Shown in pieces: positions 8,804 to 18,424 of a DNA stretch of 64,000 nucleotides. The notes under the pieces were generated by a model. The model was not told the DNA's origin and did no database searches. It saw nothing but the letters and a program-made list of their open reading frames with translations. Source of the stretch: Candidatus Hydrogenedentota bacterium (GTDB lineage Bacteria; Hydrogenedentota; Hydrogenedentia; Hydrogenedentales; SLHB01); the NCBI GenBank assembly GCA_963668025.2, contig CAXXTH010000022.1, positions 1 through 64,000 of the forward strand, read 5' to 3'. How positions within the stretch are numbered: position 1 is the stretch's first letter; the number at the start of each line of letters is the position of its first letter. The position numbers and the translations under genes are program-made.

Positions 8804-9483
8804 TGATAATCGTGTAAACGGTTCGTACAACGGAAGAAGACGCTGGTTAGGCCGTGGACCAGCGCTTTCTCCAGACTGCCTGAAAAGCATATCCACATGA
8901 AGAATCGCCTTTATAACAAAAAAGCGAAGCTTCGCTTTCCATTAACTCGCTTAGCCTGGGACAGACGAGGGATACGCCTGACGGCGATTGCCCTCATAGC
9001 GTTGTATGCCTCCGCGCTGGGCCATGAATTTTTGATTTGCAGCCATGATAGCCACCACGACGCGGAGCATTGTGGTTTATGCGCCCTCATGTCGGTCTCG
9101 TCTTTAGTCACAGCGCCGGTAGCACTATGGCTTTGCCTTGTCGTCGCCGCAGCCATGCTTCCAGCTTTTCATGCAATTCCATTCTGCGGCCCACCTTGCC
9201 GAATCGAGTACCGTCGAGGCCCACCGCTACTCCTCCTTTCATAACTCACATTCCTGTTTGACGAGGCCGCCGCCATATGGCTCCATGCCAATGGGAGGCT
9301 TTGTTAGGTGTCTTTATGGATTCATGATCTGAGTCACGTGGGAGATTTTATATGTATAAGCGTGGATTTACCCTAATCGAGCTCTTGGTGGTGATCGCCA
9401 TCATCGCGATTCTGGCGGCAATATTGTTGCCCGCCTTGGCGCGCGCGCGGGAAGCCGCCCGCCGGGCCAGTTGCCAGAGCAAC
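7830..9483 (+). repeat. 98-bp near-identical direct repeat (7830-7927 / 9386-9483) in the pilin alpha-helix coding region
   Basis: Direct comparison shows one mismatch (7891 A vs 9447 G), while the flanking codons have diverged. Confidence 0.85.
8897..9244 (+). CDS. DUF2946-like His/CxxC leader peptide with RGPP arrest motif (copy 2, intact)
   Basis: Basic N-terminus, TM, GHEFLICSHDSHHDAEHCGLC, second hydrophobic stretch, CGPPCRIEYRRGPPLLLLS*; RGPP codons at 9215-9226. Confidence 0.8.
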   Translation: MKNRLYNKKAKLRFPLTRLAWDRRGIRLTAIALIALYASALGHEFLICSHDSHHDAEHCGLCALMSVSSLVTAPVALWLCLVVAAAMLPAFHAIPFCGPPCRIEYRRGPPLLLLS

Positions 9484-10284
9484 CTGAAACAAATGGGCGT
9501 TGTCTTTATGATGTACGCCAGCGAGAACAAAGGGAAATACCCCACCCAGCATACTTGGTATGGGAAAGGCGAGAACAAGGTATATGACCCTTGGAGGCTC
9601 ATGTTCGAGGGCACGCAAGTGTATCCCGAATACCTGAATGATCCGAACATCCTGATTTGCCCGTCGGCGATCGCCGGTGTGGATGCCGTCGAGCGTTTCG
9701 ATGAAGGCAAAGGCGACACGTGGTTTTTCGAGTGGGAAGACCTGGCGACCGGCGAAGGCACTAATGATGGGAAAGTGCAGGCGTGCGAGCTTACCTCGAC
9801 TCCCTATTGTTACGCGGGATGGTTTTTCAGTAAGGAGATGAAATTGCGGGTAGGTGAAAACACCAATTCCAATGGGATTCTTGCCTATATGCTGTCCGAT
9901 ACCACGGGCGCGCTCAAAGAAAAAGACTTGCCTTTGCTCGAGCCCACCACGGAATATCCCAGCAATACGATTCGGCGGCTTCGGGAAGGCATCGAGCGTT
10001 TTTTTATCACGGATATCAACAATCCGGCTTCTGGCGCGACGGCGCAATCAAATATCGCGGTAATGTGGGACGCCATGTGCGGCGGAACAAACGAGCATTT
10101 CCCGCACAAACCAGGCGGTGGCAATGCGCTGTTCATGGATGGCCATGTGGAATTCCAGCGGTATCACCAAAACATACAAGACGATACGCAGTTTCCCGTA
10201 GGCGCGGGCGGCTTCGCGATACATAATATAGAGCCGCGTGCGTGGAAGAGTTACGTTTTACCAAGGATGACCGTGCAGAAATAG
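9352..10284 (+). CDS. Type IV prepilin-like DUF1559 protein with H-X9-DG-type motif
   Basis: MYKRG|FTLIELL...; [18 protein letters not shown]; [15 protein letters not shown]; GGGAG RBS. Confidence 0.92.
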   Translation: MYKRGFTLIELLVVIAIIAILAAILLPALARAREAARRASCQSNLKQMGVVFMMYASENKGKYPTQHTWYGKGENKVYDPWRLMFEGTQVYPEYLNDPNILICPSAIAGVDAVERFDEGKGDTWFFEWEDLATGEGTNDGKVQACELTSTPYCYAGWFFSKEMKLRVGENTNSNGILAYMLSDTTGALKEKDLPLLEPTTEYPSNTIRRLREGIERFFITDINNPASGATAQSNIAVMWDAMCGGTNEHFPHKPGGGNALFMDGHVEFQRYHQNIQDDTQFPVGAGGFAIHNIEPRAWKSYVLPRMTVQK

Positions 10285-10293
10285 CTGATACAC

Positions 10294-10337
10294 ATGCTGG
10301 CTGGCCCGGGATGCCGGGCCAGCCAGCATATTCTTTT
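10294..10337 (+). terminator. Strong hairpin terminator after prepilin-like gene 2
   Basis: ATGCTGGCTGGCCCGG-gatg-CCGGGCCAGCCAGCAT 16-bp stem followed by ATTCTTTT. Confidence 0.8.
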
Positions 10338-10369
10338 CACTGCGGAATGGTTGGGTGTTTTGTCAATAA

Positions 10370-11653
10370 TCAATAATTCACACCCGGCGTCGGCAGTATG
10401 CCAGCCTCGATTTTTTGGTTTTCCAACTCCGTACACATCGCCCGCAACCTATTGACAAATGCGTCCGACTCCCCGCGAAGGCCAATGGCCAAATCTCGCG
10501 CCGCGTGATGATCCTCAACAACATCGGCAATGAGGCATTCGGCCTGTGTGATTGACAAAGCCTGCCCGTTCGCAACCACGTCGGTTAATCGCGTTAGTTC
10601 ATGCAAATCCGAGATGTTGATCTGGACGTGACCCTCTTCGATTAATATCAGTTCCGGTCTTTCCAAGGATTGCCGGAGCGACTCCAAATGCATCCCCAAC
10701 TTCTCTTCGGTCGTCAGAGAATCCATCCTATATTCCTCCAAAAGTCTACCTGTCTGCGGATCAAGTCCAGCAATAAGAATATTGTACGGAATTTCTGGAC
10801 CATCACTATTCAACATAACCCAAAAATTAGTCGGAAATCCGATGTGAGTCAATTCTTCGTCAGAAAGAATACGTTTTACAATTCGTTGAGTCTTTAGAAA
10901 ATCGTTAACCTTCTCCCGAGCCGAGTTGGAGCCATATTCATCAACCAATTGCGGGAAAAGAACATAACTCACATAATTCTGAAGACTGGCGTAATCATCA
11001 AACTGCCCAGATTCCGGCAAGACCGGCAGAGGTTTTGCTGCTTTAGGTACTGAGGAGGGAGAATCATGCGATGCCATAACCAATCCATTGATTGTCACAT
11101 TTATATGGGAGGCGTCAGGCGCCACGGTTTCGACCTTGTACGGCCCTGGAATATAATGGCCGTTGTACACGAGAATTCCGGTATCAAGCGTTCCCTCGGC
11201 TCCCTTTGCTGGCGTAACCGGCTGGACGGAGGTCGTACATGATTCCACTATCTGTGCGTCGGTCAGCGCTGGATCGTAATCGGAGACAATATCGGCCTTC
11301 AAATGCCATATGCCGCCTTCTTCTTCAATTTCGGCGTGTGGGGAAACCGTCGGGGTCGACGCCCACCACTCGGCGTCTGTCCACGAATTAGGCCTATAGA
11401 CAGACCCAAATGTCTGGACGTCGCAGTCGTATACGACTGTTCGCCCCGTCTGCTTGGCGATCTCGTTGATGATGTCTTTGGTGGGAACGCAGCGGGCCTC
11501 GACGTTGATTTTTCCGTTCTCCCCCACGGTAACCTTGAGGTGGCCTATAGGAAGGCTCGTGACCTCCTCCGCCAGCGCCGTCCCGCCGATTGCTAGAACT
11601 AGCGGCAACGCTGCAAGTACGACGAACAATCGCGCATCTCTTCGCATCATCAT
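10370..11653 (-). CDS. Hypothetical secreted protein; N-terminal region weakly resembles an STN/secretin-N0 domain
   Basis: 427-aa ORF with signal peptide (…GGTALA|EE) and GGAGGAG RBS. Confidence 0.7.
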   Translation of the reverse strand: MMMRRDARLFVVLAALPLVLAIGGTALAEEVTSLPIGHLKVTVGENGKINVEARCVPTKDIINEIAKQTGRTVVYDCDVQTFGSVYRPNSWTDAEWWASTPTVSPHAEIEEEGGIWHLKADIVSDYDPALTDAQIVESCTTSVQPVTPAKGAEGTLDTGILVYNGHYIPGPYKVETVAPDASHINVTINGLVMASHDSPSSVPKAAKPLPVLPESGQFDDYASLQNYVSYVLFPQLVDEYGSNSAREKVNDFLKTQRIVKRILSDEELTHIGFPTNFWVMLNSDGPEIPYNILIAGLDPQTGRLLEEYRMDSLTTEEKLGMHLESLRQSLERPELILIEEGHVQINISDLHELTRLTDVVANGQALSITQAECLIADVVEDHHAARDLAIGLRGESDAFVNRLRAMCTELENQKIEAGILPTPGVNY

Positions 11654-11778
11654 GGCGGCGACTCCTCCCAGGATATAGACACTACGTTTCTACAGTTTAC
11701 TATAACATCTCGGATTACATGCTGTCAATGCCTGTTTCTCTGTGCTATTATCTGTCCAAAACGTTGTTTCCTGGCGAA

Positions 11779-13600
11779 GAGGCATTTGCGAAATAAAGAA
11801 AATCCGTATTGACAAGGGTTTACAAAGCGGCGGAATTGGCGCCTACCCCGGAGAATGCGGGGAAAGGGGCTTGGCGGGGGCATGAATAAGGATTTTTTGT
11901 GAAAAATCACCCCAAATGCCCTCGGCGAGCGGGAAAAGGCGTAACGTCTCCCGTGTGTGATTGTAGTATAGTTGACCACATAACCACGCACACACCAAGG
12001 AGACGTTTGCGATGGCCATTATACACCAAATGGGGTTGTTCTCGTGGAACCAGGTCGACGCGGCGTCGGATCTGGATCGGCTGAACCTGTTGCTGGCGGC
12101 GCTGCCGGATGAAGATTTGATGCGGGCGATGGAAGCCGAACGCAAGGGGCGGCGCGACGATTATCCTATCCGCGCGATGTGGAACAGCATACTGGCGGGG
12201 ATCGTCTTCCAGCACGACGGCGTCGAAAGCCTGCGCCGCGAACTAGCCCGAAACGGGCAATTGCGCCAGTTGTGCGGATTCGACGTGTTGCGGGGCGCCA
12301 AGGCGGTCCCGCCCGAATGGGTGTACACGCGGTTCTTCGCCAGATTACTGCGCCACTGGAAAGAAGTGGACCGGATGTTCGACGCGCTCATCGTCCGGCT
12401 GATGGAACGCTTGCCGGATCTCGGGGTGCGTCTGGCCGTAGACTCGAAAGCCATCCAAACCCACGCCAAGCCTCCGCGCAAAGACGCGGTCCTGGAAAAC
12501 GAAGAGCCGGACGGGCGGCGCGACCGCGACGCAGACTGGGGCACGAAAACCTACAAGGGCGTTCACAAGGACGGCACGCCCTGGGAGAAGGTCAAACGGT
12601 GGTTCGGCTACAAGCTGCACCTCATCGTGGACACGAAATATGAATTGCCGCTGGGCTACGCGGTCACGAAAGCCAGCGCCAACGACTCGCCCTTTCTGCT
12701 GCCCCTCGTGGCGGCTCTCGACGCGCGCCACCCCGAACTCGTCCAACGCGCCGAGTACCTCAGCGCCGACAAGGGCTATGATTCCGAAGCCAACAACAAG
12801 GGCCTCTTCGAGGAACATGAAATCCGGCCCATCGTGGACATCCGGGCGACCTGGAAAGAAGAACCGGAACGGCCCCGCCCTTTATATCCCGAACGGGTAG
12901 ACACGATCTTCCATACCGAACGAGGTGAAGTCCTCTGCCGGTGTCGTAACGGCGCCCCAAACGAACGCGACAACTATGATTCCATGGCCTACCAAGGATT
13001 CGAGCAAGATCGGGGAACCTTGAAATACCGTTGCCCAGCCAAGGCGCGCGGGAGCGCCTGTACCCAGCAAGACCTCTGCAACCAAGGATGCCAGCCCGAA
13101 CACGGACGGATTGTCCGCGTGCCCATCGCTATCGACCGGCGCATCTTTACCCCCCTGCCCCGCAGCGCCAAATCCTGGCGCCGCGAATACAAACACCGCA
13201 CCGCCATCGAGCGAGTCAACAGCCGACTCGACGGCGCATACGGATTCGAGCGCCACTACATCCGCGGTATGAAAAAGATGCGCGCCCGCACCGGATTAGC
13301 CCTCCTCGTCATGCTCGGCATGGCCCTGGGATGGCTCGAAGCCGGCCAGGCAGAACGCATGCGCTCGCTCCTCGGACAGCCCCGCGCCGCATAGATCACA
13401 TCGAATCCGCACAAGCAATGATGGCCCGAATCAAGGGCAAACCATGCCCATTCGGGCCGCAAGGGTCCTACACGCGAACCTCCTGCATGATTTATTGCAC
13501 CCGTAGCGGAGGCGTAATCCCATTGCCACAGGCGAAAACCGCTCCGCGTGTGCCCGCACCGTCCGCGCGTTCGCAAACCACGCTATTTCGCAAATGCCTC
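11779..13600 (+). mobile_element. Complete insertion sequence (IS5/IS1182-like DDE), 1822 bp
   Basis: Perfect 17-bp terminal IRs GAGGCATTTGCGAAATA (11779-11795) / TATTTCGCAAATGCCTC (13584-13600); 5-bp target duplication GCGAA (11774-78, 13601-05). Confidence 0.93.
12012..13394 (+). CDS. DDE transposase (DUF772-like N-terminus plus DDE_Tnp_1)
   Basis: AVDSK, WFGYKLHLIVD, ADKGYD, YKHRTAIERVNSRL motifs. Confidence 0.93.
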   Translation: MAIIHQMGLFSWNQVDAASDLDRLNLLLAALPDEDLMRAMEAERKGRRDDYPIRAMWNSILAGIVFQHDGVESLRRELARNGQLRQLCGFDVLRGAKAVPPEWVYTRFFARLLRHWKEVDRMFDALIVRLMERLPDLGVRLAVDSKAIQTHAKPPRKDAVLENEEPDGRRDRDADWGTKTYKGVHKDGTPWEKVKRWFGYKLHLIVDTKYELPLGYAVTKASANDSPFLLPLVAALDARHPELVQRAEYLSADKGYDSEANNKGLFEEHEIRPIVDIRATWKEEPERPRPLYPERVDTIFHTERGEVLCRCRNGAPNERDNYDSMAYQGFEQDRGTLKYRCPAKARGSACTQQDLCNQGCQPEHGRIVRVPIAIDRRIFTPLPRSAKSWRREYKHRTAIERVNSRLDGAYGFERHYIRGMKKMRARTGLALLVMLGMALGWLEAGQAERMRSLLGQPRAA

Positions 13601-13687
13601 GCGAAGATTTTCTGTGTAAACCAATGTATTTTAGCTGGTTAGGACCTACGATTTTTAATAGTATTTTGGTCGATGAGTCCTTTGATC

Positions 13688-13709
13688 GGTGGGGCAAGCC
13701 CCACCCTAC
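13688..13709 (-). repeat. GTAG-type REP palindrome
   Basis: Minus strand reads GTAGGGTGGGGCTTGCCCCACC: GTAG tetranucleotide plus GC palindrome, just downstream of the mannosidase gene. Confidence 0.7.
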
Positions 13710-13737
13710 AAAAAGAAAAAGATTACGACTCCGAGCG

Positions 13738-16574
13738 TTATTCAGTAACCTCGCCCATGGCGCCGTCGAAGCTAAGCGCCAGCGTAATGATCTTGTGCGG
13801 CGCCACGACAAGCGGCACAGCGCCCTCTGCGTCCAGCTCCAAGGTTCGTAAATGCGACTCGTCAAGACGGACCTCCTCGACGTGGGATGGGCGTCGAAAC
13901 AGCATGAGTTTGTCTTGGACCTCTTCATCGCATGGGTTGAAAAGCCGAACGATCCACGAAGCCCTGTCCTCGCTCTTCTTGACGCAGCTAAGGAGCAAGG
14001 CGCCTCTCTCCAACTGGAGGAAGCTGCCGGAAGCCAAAGGCAACGTCCCCGGGTTTCGGCCCTTGCTGGATTGAACAGCGATGCAGGGATGTAGGTACTC
14101 CGCGCAGTGTCGCGGAAGATCGGCGTCGCGCCAACGGCCCGCGTGAGGATATAGGGCATATTCGAAGCGCTGGCGGCCTAGGCACTGCGCGAACTGGTCG
14201 TCCGTGTCCACCATGACGAAGAGGTCCATGGGATAGGAGCCATTCGTGGCTCGGAGGAGACTTAAAACGAGCGTGGCGGCGCCATCCTCGGTCTCCAAAC
14301 CAAATTCCTTGTTGGTCCGGGCGAATAAGGCCAAGCCGCGTGTTCGACCATCGGACACATCCACGAAGGAGCCGAAAGACTGGCGAACCAGTTCAGGCCC
14401 GCATAACCCATCGTGGCCGGAGAGTGTGAACCTGCGCTCGATGACATCGAAGGGCGCGTCGCACCAACAGGAGTCTGTGGCAATTGCGGTCGGAATACGC
14501 ACGCGGAGGAAGTGATCCCGGGCCTTGTTCTCGAATGATGTACAGATATCAACACGCTTGGAGCCTCGATGCAATGTGATCTCGGTCTGTATATCGGTGG
14601 CGATGTCGTTGCTGCTCCGCGCTTCTCGGTCAGCAGTCAGCGATATGGGCAGCCGCATGGTGGTGGAAATGGATACCGTGGCCCTGAGCCCCGAATTGCA
14701 GACGACGGCCACCTGTGTTGGAGCGCCCGAACTGGTGATGATGCGATCGTGGTTCGGCGCATGGTGGACCCACACGTCGCCCCGGCAACCGTTGTCCACC
14801 AGTTCCAGCATCCGCTCGAATCGCTCACCCGTATCGAGGTCGGTTAGGTTGATGGCGCCGTCCGCGTTGACTTCCAGGCGTACAAGGCCGTTGTCCAGGA
14901 GGCGCGGATGCCTTGCGATAGGCCGATACGGCCGTTCTCCGGAGTCGAAGATACGCGGGGTCGATGGACGGCCGCCTTTCTCCCTGCGGATGAAGAAACT
15001 GCGGTATCCGAAGCCGGGCACGTCAGGGACGGCAACCTCCGCCTTGATGCGCCTCCGCATACACGGGCCTGGCCCGGCACTCGGGCGTAATCATCGCGAG
15101 ATGCGTTTGTGTCTTGTCGAGAGGAAAGACGTCCAGCCGATGGCCCTCTGGCGTCTCCAGCCACCAACTCCGCGCGTAATCATCCCGAGGCAGGTCAATC
15201 TGTAGTTCCATCACTTCATTGCGGGGCAGGATGGTCGGATTGAAAACGGAGACAATGATGTCATCATCGTCGAGCCGCGACGTATCCATATGGGCCGCCA
15301 CGCTTTCCATTGCGCGGCGGGTCAGGACATCGGCGATTTCTTGAGCCTGATCAATACGATAGAGGTTATCGCGCTTGATCTTGGCCGCCCCCGAGCGCAT
15401 GGATGGAATCGTGGGCCTGAGCCTTAAGGATATATTTCCAGCAGAGGTCCAGTGCCTCTTGCGGATACGCCTCGTCTAGCAACGCCGCGAAGGCGGACAA
15501 CGGTTCGGCAAGGTTGATCAAGCTGCGCTCGGCCGCTGCTAAGGCGCGTAGCACTTCGATGTTGGCCCCGATCGATTCTGATTGAAGGGCGTCGACGGGA
15601 CCCGCGCGCATCTCGCCGCTATAGACCTGGAGACTATCCAGATCCAGTTTTGCCCGCAGTTCTTCAAAATATGCCGCCGGCGTGCTGAGCGCTAATGTGG
15701 CGATGTCCCCGCATGCGGTATTGGCCGCGCGTAGAGCCGCCGTGATCTCGGGCGCCGGCATCGTGAAATCGGTTCCGTCGAACAGGAGCAGCGTTTCCTC
15801 GCAGCGGGTATCCGCCGCACATGAGGCGATGGCGTTTTCGACGCCGTCACGAATGTGGTTTTCCCGTATGCGAACATCCCGATCGAGTTCCGTGGCAGGG
15901 CATTCCCTGAATCGAGTGTCAATCATGTGGCACATACGTTTGCCATCGCTGAACCGGGCCTGCCATTCCTCTGGCGTGCTGTGCATGCGCACGCCGAGGA
16001 GAACCGGGGCCGTGAAATGCATGTAGAAATTCCAGCGCGCATCCCTGCCGAGACGCGATGTCAACGCCATCGAACCATCAGGCGCCTCCCACCAGAACTC
16101 GCTCTTGGGCAGTATCGCCTTGTCGTAATGCTTGTAGAAAACAATGTCATCGATGCCGAACCCGGCATAGAGCTGCGGAAGCTGCGCGGTCTGTCCGAAC
16201 GAGAAGATGGAGTATCCGAGCTTCATGACGGCGCCCAGCTCGTTCCCTAGGCGGCGCCCAAACAGGAGATTGCGGACCAAGCATTCTGGTGTCACGGAAA
16301 AGGCGTCCGGAAGGGTGTACCAAGGCCCCAGATGGAAGCGTCCGGCACGCACCAGCTCCTCGATATCCTGGCGGCGTTGCGGTTTCAACGCCAGGTAGTC
16401 TTCAACAGGAATAGCCTGTCCGTCCATGACAAAATGCGTGTACTCGGGGTCGGCCAGCATAGCGTCCACGACCCGGTCCAGCACGTCGGCAAGCAATAGC
16501 CGGCTTTCTTGGAAGGGTTGCCGATGCTCGCGATCCCAGTGGGTGGTGGAAATGACATGCAAGGTTCGTTTCAT
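13738..16574 (-). CDS. GH38 alpha-mannosidase, split into three ORFs by two +1 frameshifts (about 15390 and 15055)
   Basis: HVISTTHWDREH, FVMDGQ, GPWYTLPD, QAHDSI, LSLLRA and LLSCVKKSED motifs distributed over ORFs 15366-16574, 15023-15400 and 13738-15060. Confidence 0.85.
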
Positions 16575-16587
16575 GGCATATCTCCGG

Positions 16588-17031
16588 CTAGATGTGTTTC
16601 TGTGCTATTTTTGTATACATATAACTCATCACGTGTATCGAGGTTAAAACGCCGTTTCGCGCGCAGGCTACGCCGGGCAAACAGATGCGCGGATCCCTGT
16701 CCAATCCGTCGGGATAAGCCTGGATGAGGATCGGCGCGCCTGCCTTATCGAGCGCGGCCACGACGCCGGTCTCATAGCCGAAGTTCGACAAGGACAGGAG
16801 CACGCCGTCGTATTGGCCCTCGTGTTCCCGCAAAAAGCGGGCGCACTTCGCCCCTTCCTTGGCGGTTTCCACCGCGCCATGCGGCGTGGCCGTTTCGGGG
16901 AGCATCAGCGCGCCATGTCCCAATTCTCGCAACACACAAATGAGTTTTTCCCGGGCCTGCTGGATCAACGACACGGGGAAGAAGCCCCGGTTTCCGAAAA
17001 ACAGGGCAAAAGTGGTCTTGCCTTCTTTCAT
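16588..17031 (-). pseudogene. Truncated L-fucose/L-arabinose isomerase-like gene (N-terminal ~105 aa only)
   Basis: FALFFGNRGFFP...GAVET...YDGVLLSLSNFGYE...PILIQAYPD, then similarity stops. Confidence 0.7.
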
Positions 17032-17103
17032 CACATACGTTCTCCCTTTATGAAGGCCGTGCATGGGCATCTTGATACGCTGGAGAGGGATGAATCGCGC
17101 TGG

Positions 17104-18084
17104 TTATTCCTGTTGTTTTTTTAGGAATGTGTCCAGCCAATCAAAGGCGTCCTGCGTCATTCCCTGTGATGTGAAGTGGGCGACCACGAGTTCCCGGGGC
17201 TGAGGTTCGCGCCCCTGGAGAAAAGGAAACGCATTGTGTACCCGCCAATCAAGACGCTCAGGACACTTCTCATACAAGGGGCGAAGTGTCTCATAGAAGC
17301 GCTTCGCATACTCCGCCGGAACGATCGGGTCGTTCAAACCGTGGATAAAGCGCACCGGCTTCCCGGCGATTTTTTCGGGGAAATAGATGGGGTCGAACTC
17401 GTGAATGCGTGCATTCACGGTGTCGGGCAACTGATCGCCGCCGGGGAAAATCTTGGAATCGGCAAACCAGTTTATGTAGTCCAGACCCGCCGAAACAGGC
17501 ACATAGGCCGCAATCCTATCTTCAATCACAGCCGTTCCGATGGTGATGCAGCCACCCATGGAGACGCCCATGAGCCCGATGTGCTTCGGATCGACATGCG
17601 GCTGCGCGGCTAAGTAATCATAGACCGTGGGCATTTCCTGAATGGTCTTCTGGATGGCTTTCGTCGTGCTGTCGAACCAGCTCGCTTTCTGAAGCTCCAG
17701 ACATTCGGGCACGCTTGGGCGTTCTCCATGGCCCCACGCATCGATAGCCAGCACGGCATAGCCCATATACGCAAGATCCCGCGGCCAGTTGAGCGAAAAC
17801 AGGTAGCGTTTGTCGGCGCCATGCCCATGAACCATGATGACGCCGGGCTTCAGGTCATTCTCTTTCGCTTTCATATATATATAGAACGCCGGAATGCCAT
17901 TCGGAGGAATGACCACTCGCTCCATGACCATGTCCGGATTCATTGCCTTGAAATATTCCATGAAGTTCCGCGTGTCTTGGGCGGCCTTCCGCGCGTCCGC
18001 GTCGTTCTGGTCCACGGGTTGCGCGCAAGCGGTCATGATAAGCAAAGATAGTGATATGAATGCAGCTAGAACATACCTATGCAT
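17104..18084 (-). CDS. Alpha/beta hydrolase (esterase/S9-like), probable lipoprotein
   Basis: AAGGAG RBS before ATG 18084; LLIMTAC lipobox-like; HGHG, GVSMGG nucleophile motif, HGLNDPIVP. Confidence 0.85.
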   Translation of the reverse strand: MHRYVLAAFISLSLLIMTACAQPVDQNDADARKAAQDTRNFMEYFKAMNPDMVMERVVIPPNGIPAFYIYMKAKENDLKPGVIMVHGHGADKRYLFSLNWPRDLAYMGYAVLAIDAWGHGERPSVPECLELQKASWFDSTTKAIQKTIQEMPTVYDYLAAQPHVDPKHIGLMGVSMGGCITIGTAVIEDRIAAYVPVSAGLDYINWFADSKIFPGGDQLPDTVNARIHEFDPIYFPEKIAGKPVRFIHGLNDPIVPAEYAKRFYETLRPLYEKCPERLDWRVHNAFPFLQGREPQPRELVVAHFTSQGMTQDAFDWLDTFLKKQQE

Positions 18085-18121
18085 TGAGCAGATTCTCCTT
18101 TCGTTACCATTGTTCTTGATC

Positions 18122-18375
18122 CTATTGCCTTCATGTTCCCAACACAGCACATCGTGTCTCCGGTGTGTTCGGCCCTCGAAAACAGGGAGAAGGCTCTTGC
18201 CTTCCATCGGAAGGATGTCGCCCCCTTCGTATGTCGTGGGGTGCTCCGTCCCCGCCGAATCGAGAAGGGTCGCCATCAGATCCACGAAATGCCCCATCTG
18301 ACGGGTAATGCCGCCACCGTCTTTGATGATGGCTGGCCATTTAGCGATGAAGGGCGTGGAGATTTCGCCGCCATC
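18122..18375 (-). pseudogene. Arylsulfatase C-terminal fragment
   Basis: ISTPFIAKWP...GHFVDLMATLLD...MEGKSLLPVF...LCWEHEGNR, with no catalytic N-terminus. Confidence 0.75.
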
Positions 18376-18424
18376 TAATGCCGCCATGCCGAGGCCGGCC
18401 GCTACCGTGCGCGGCATTTCGCAC

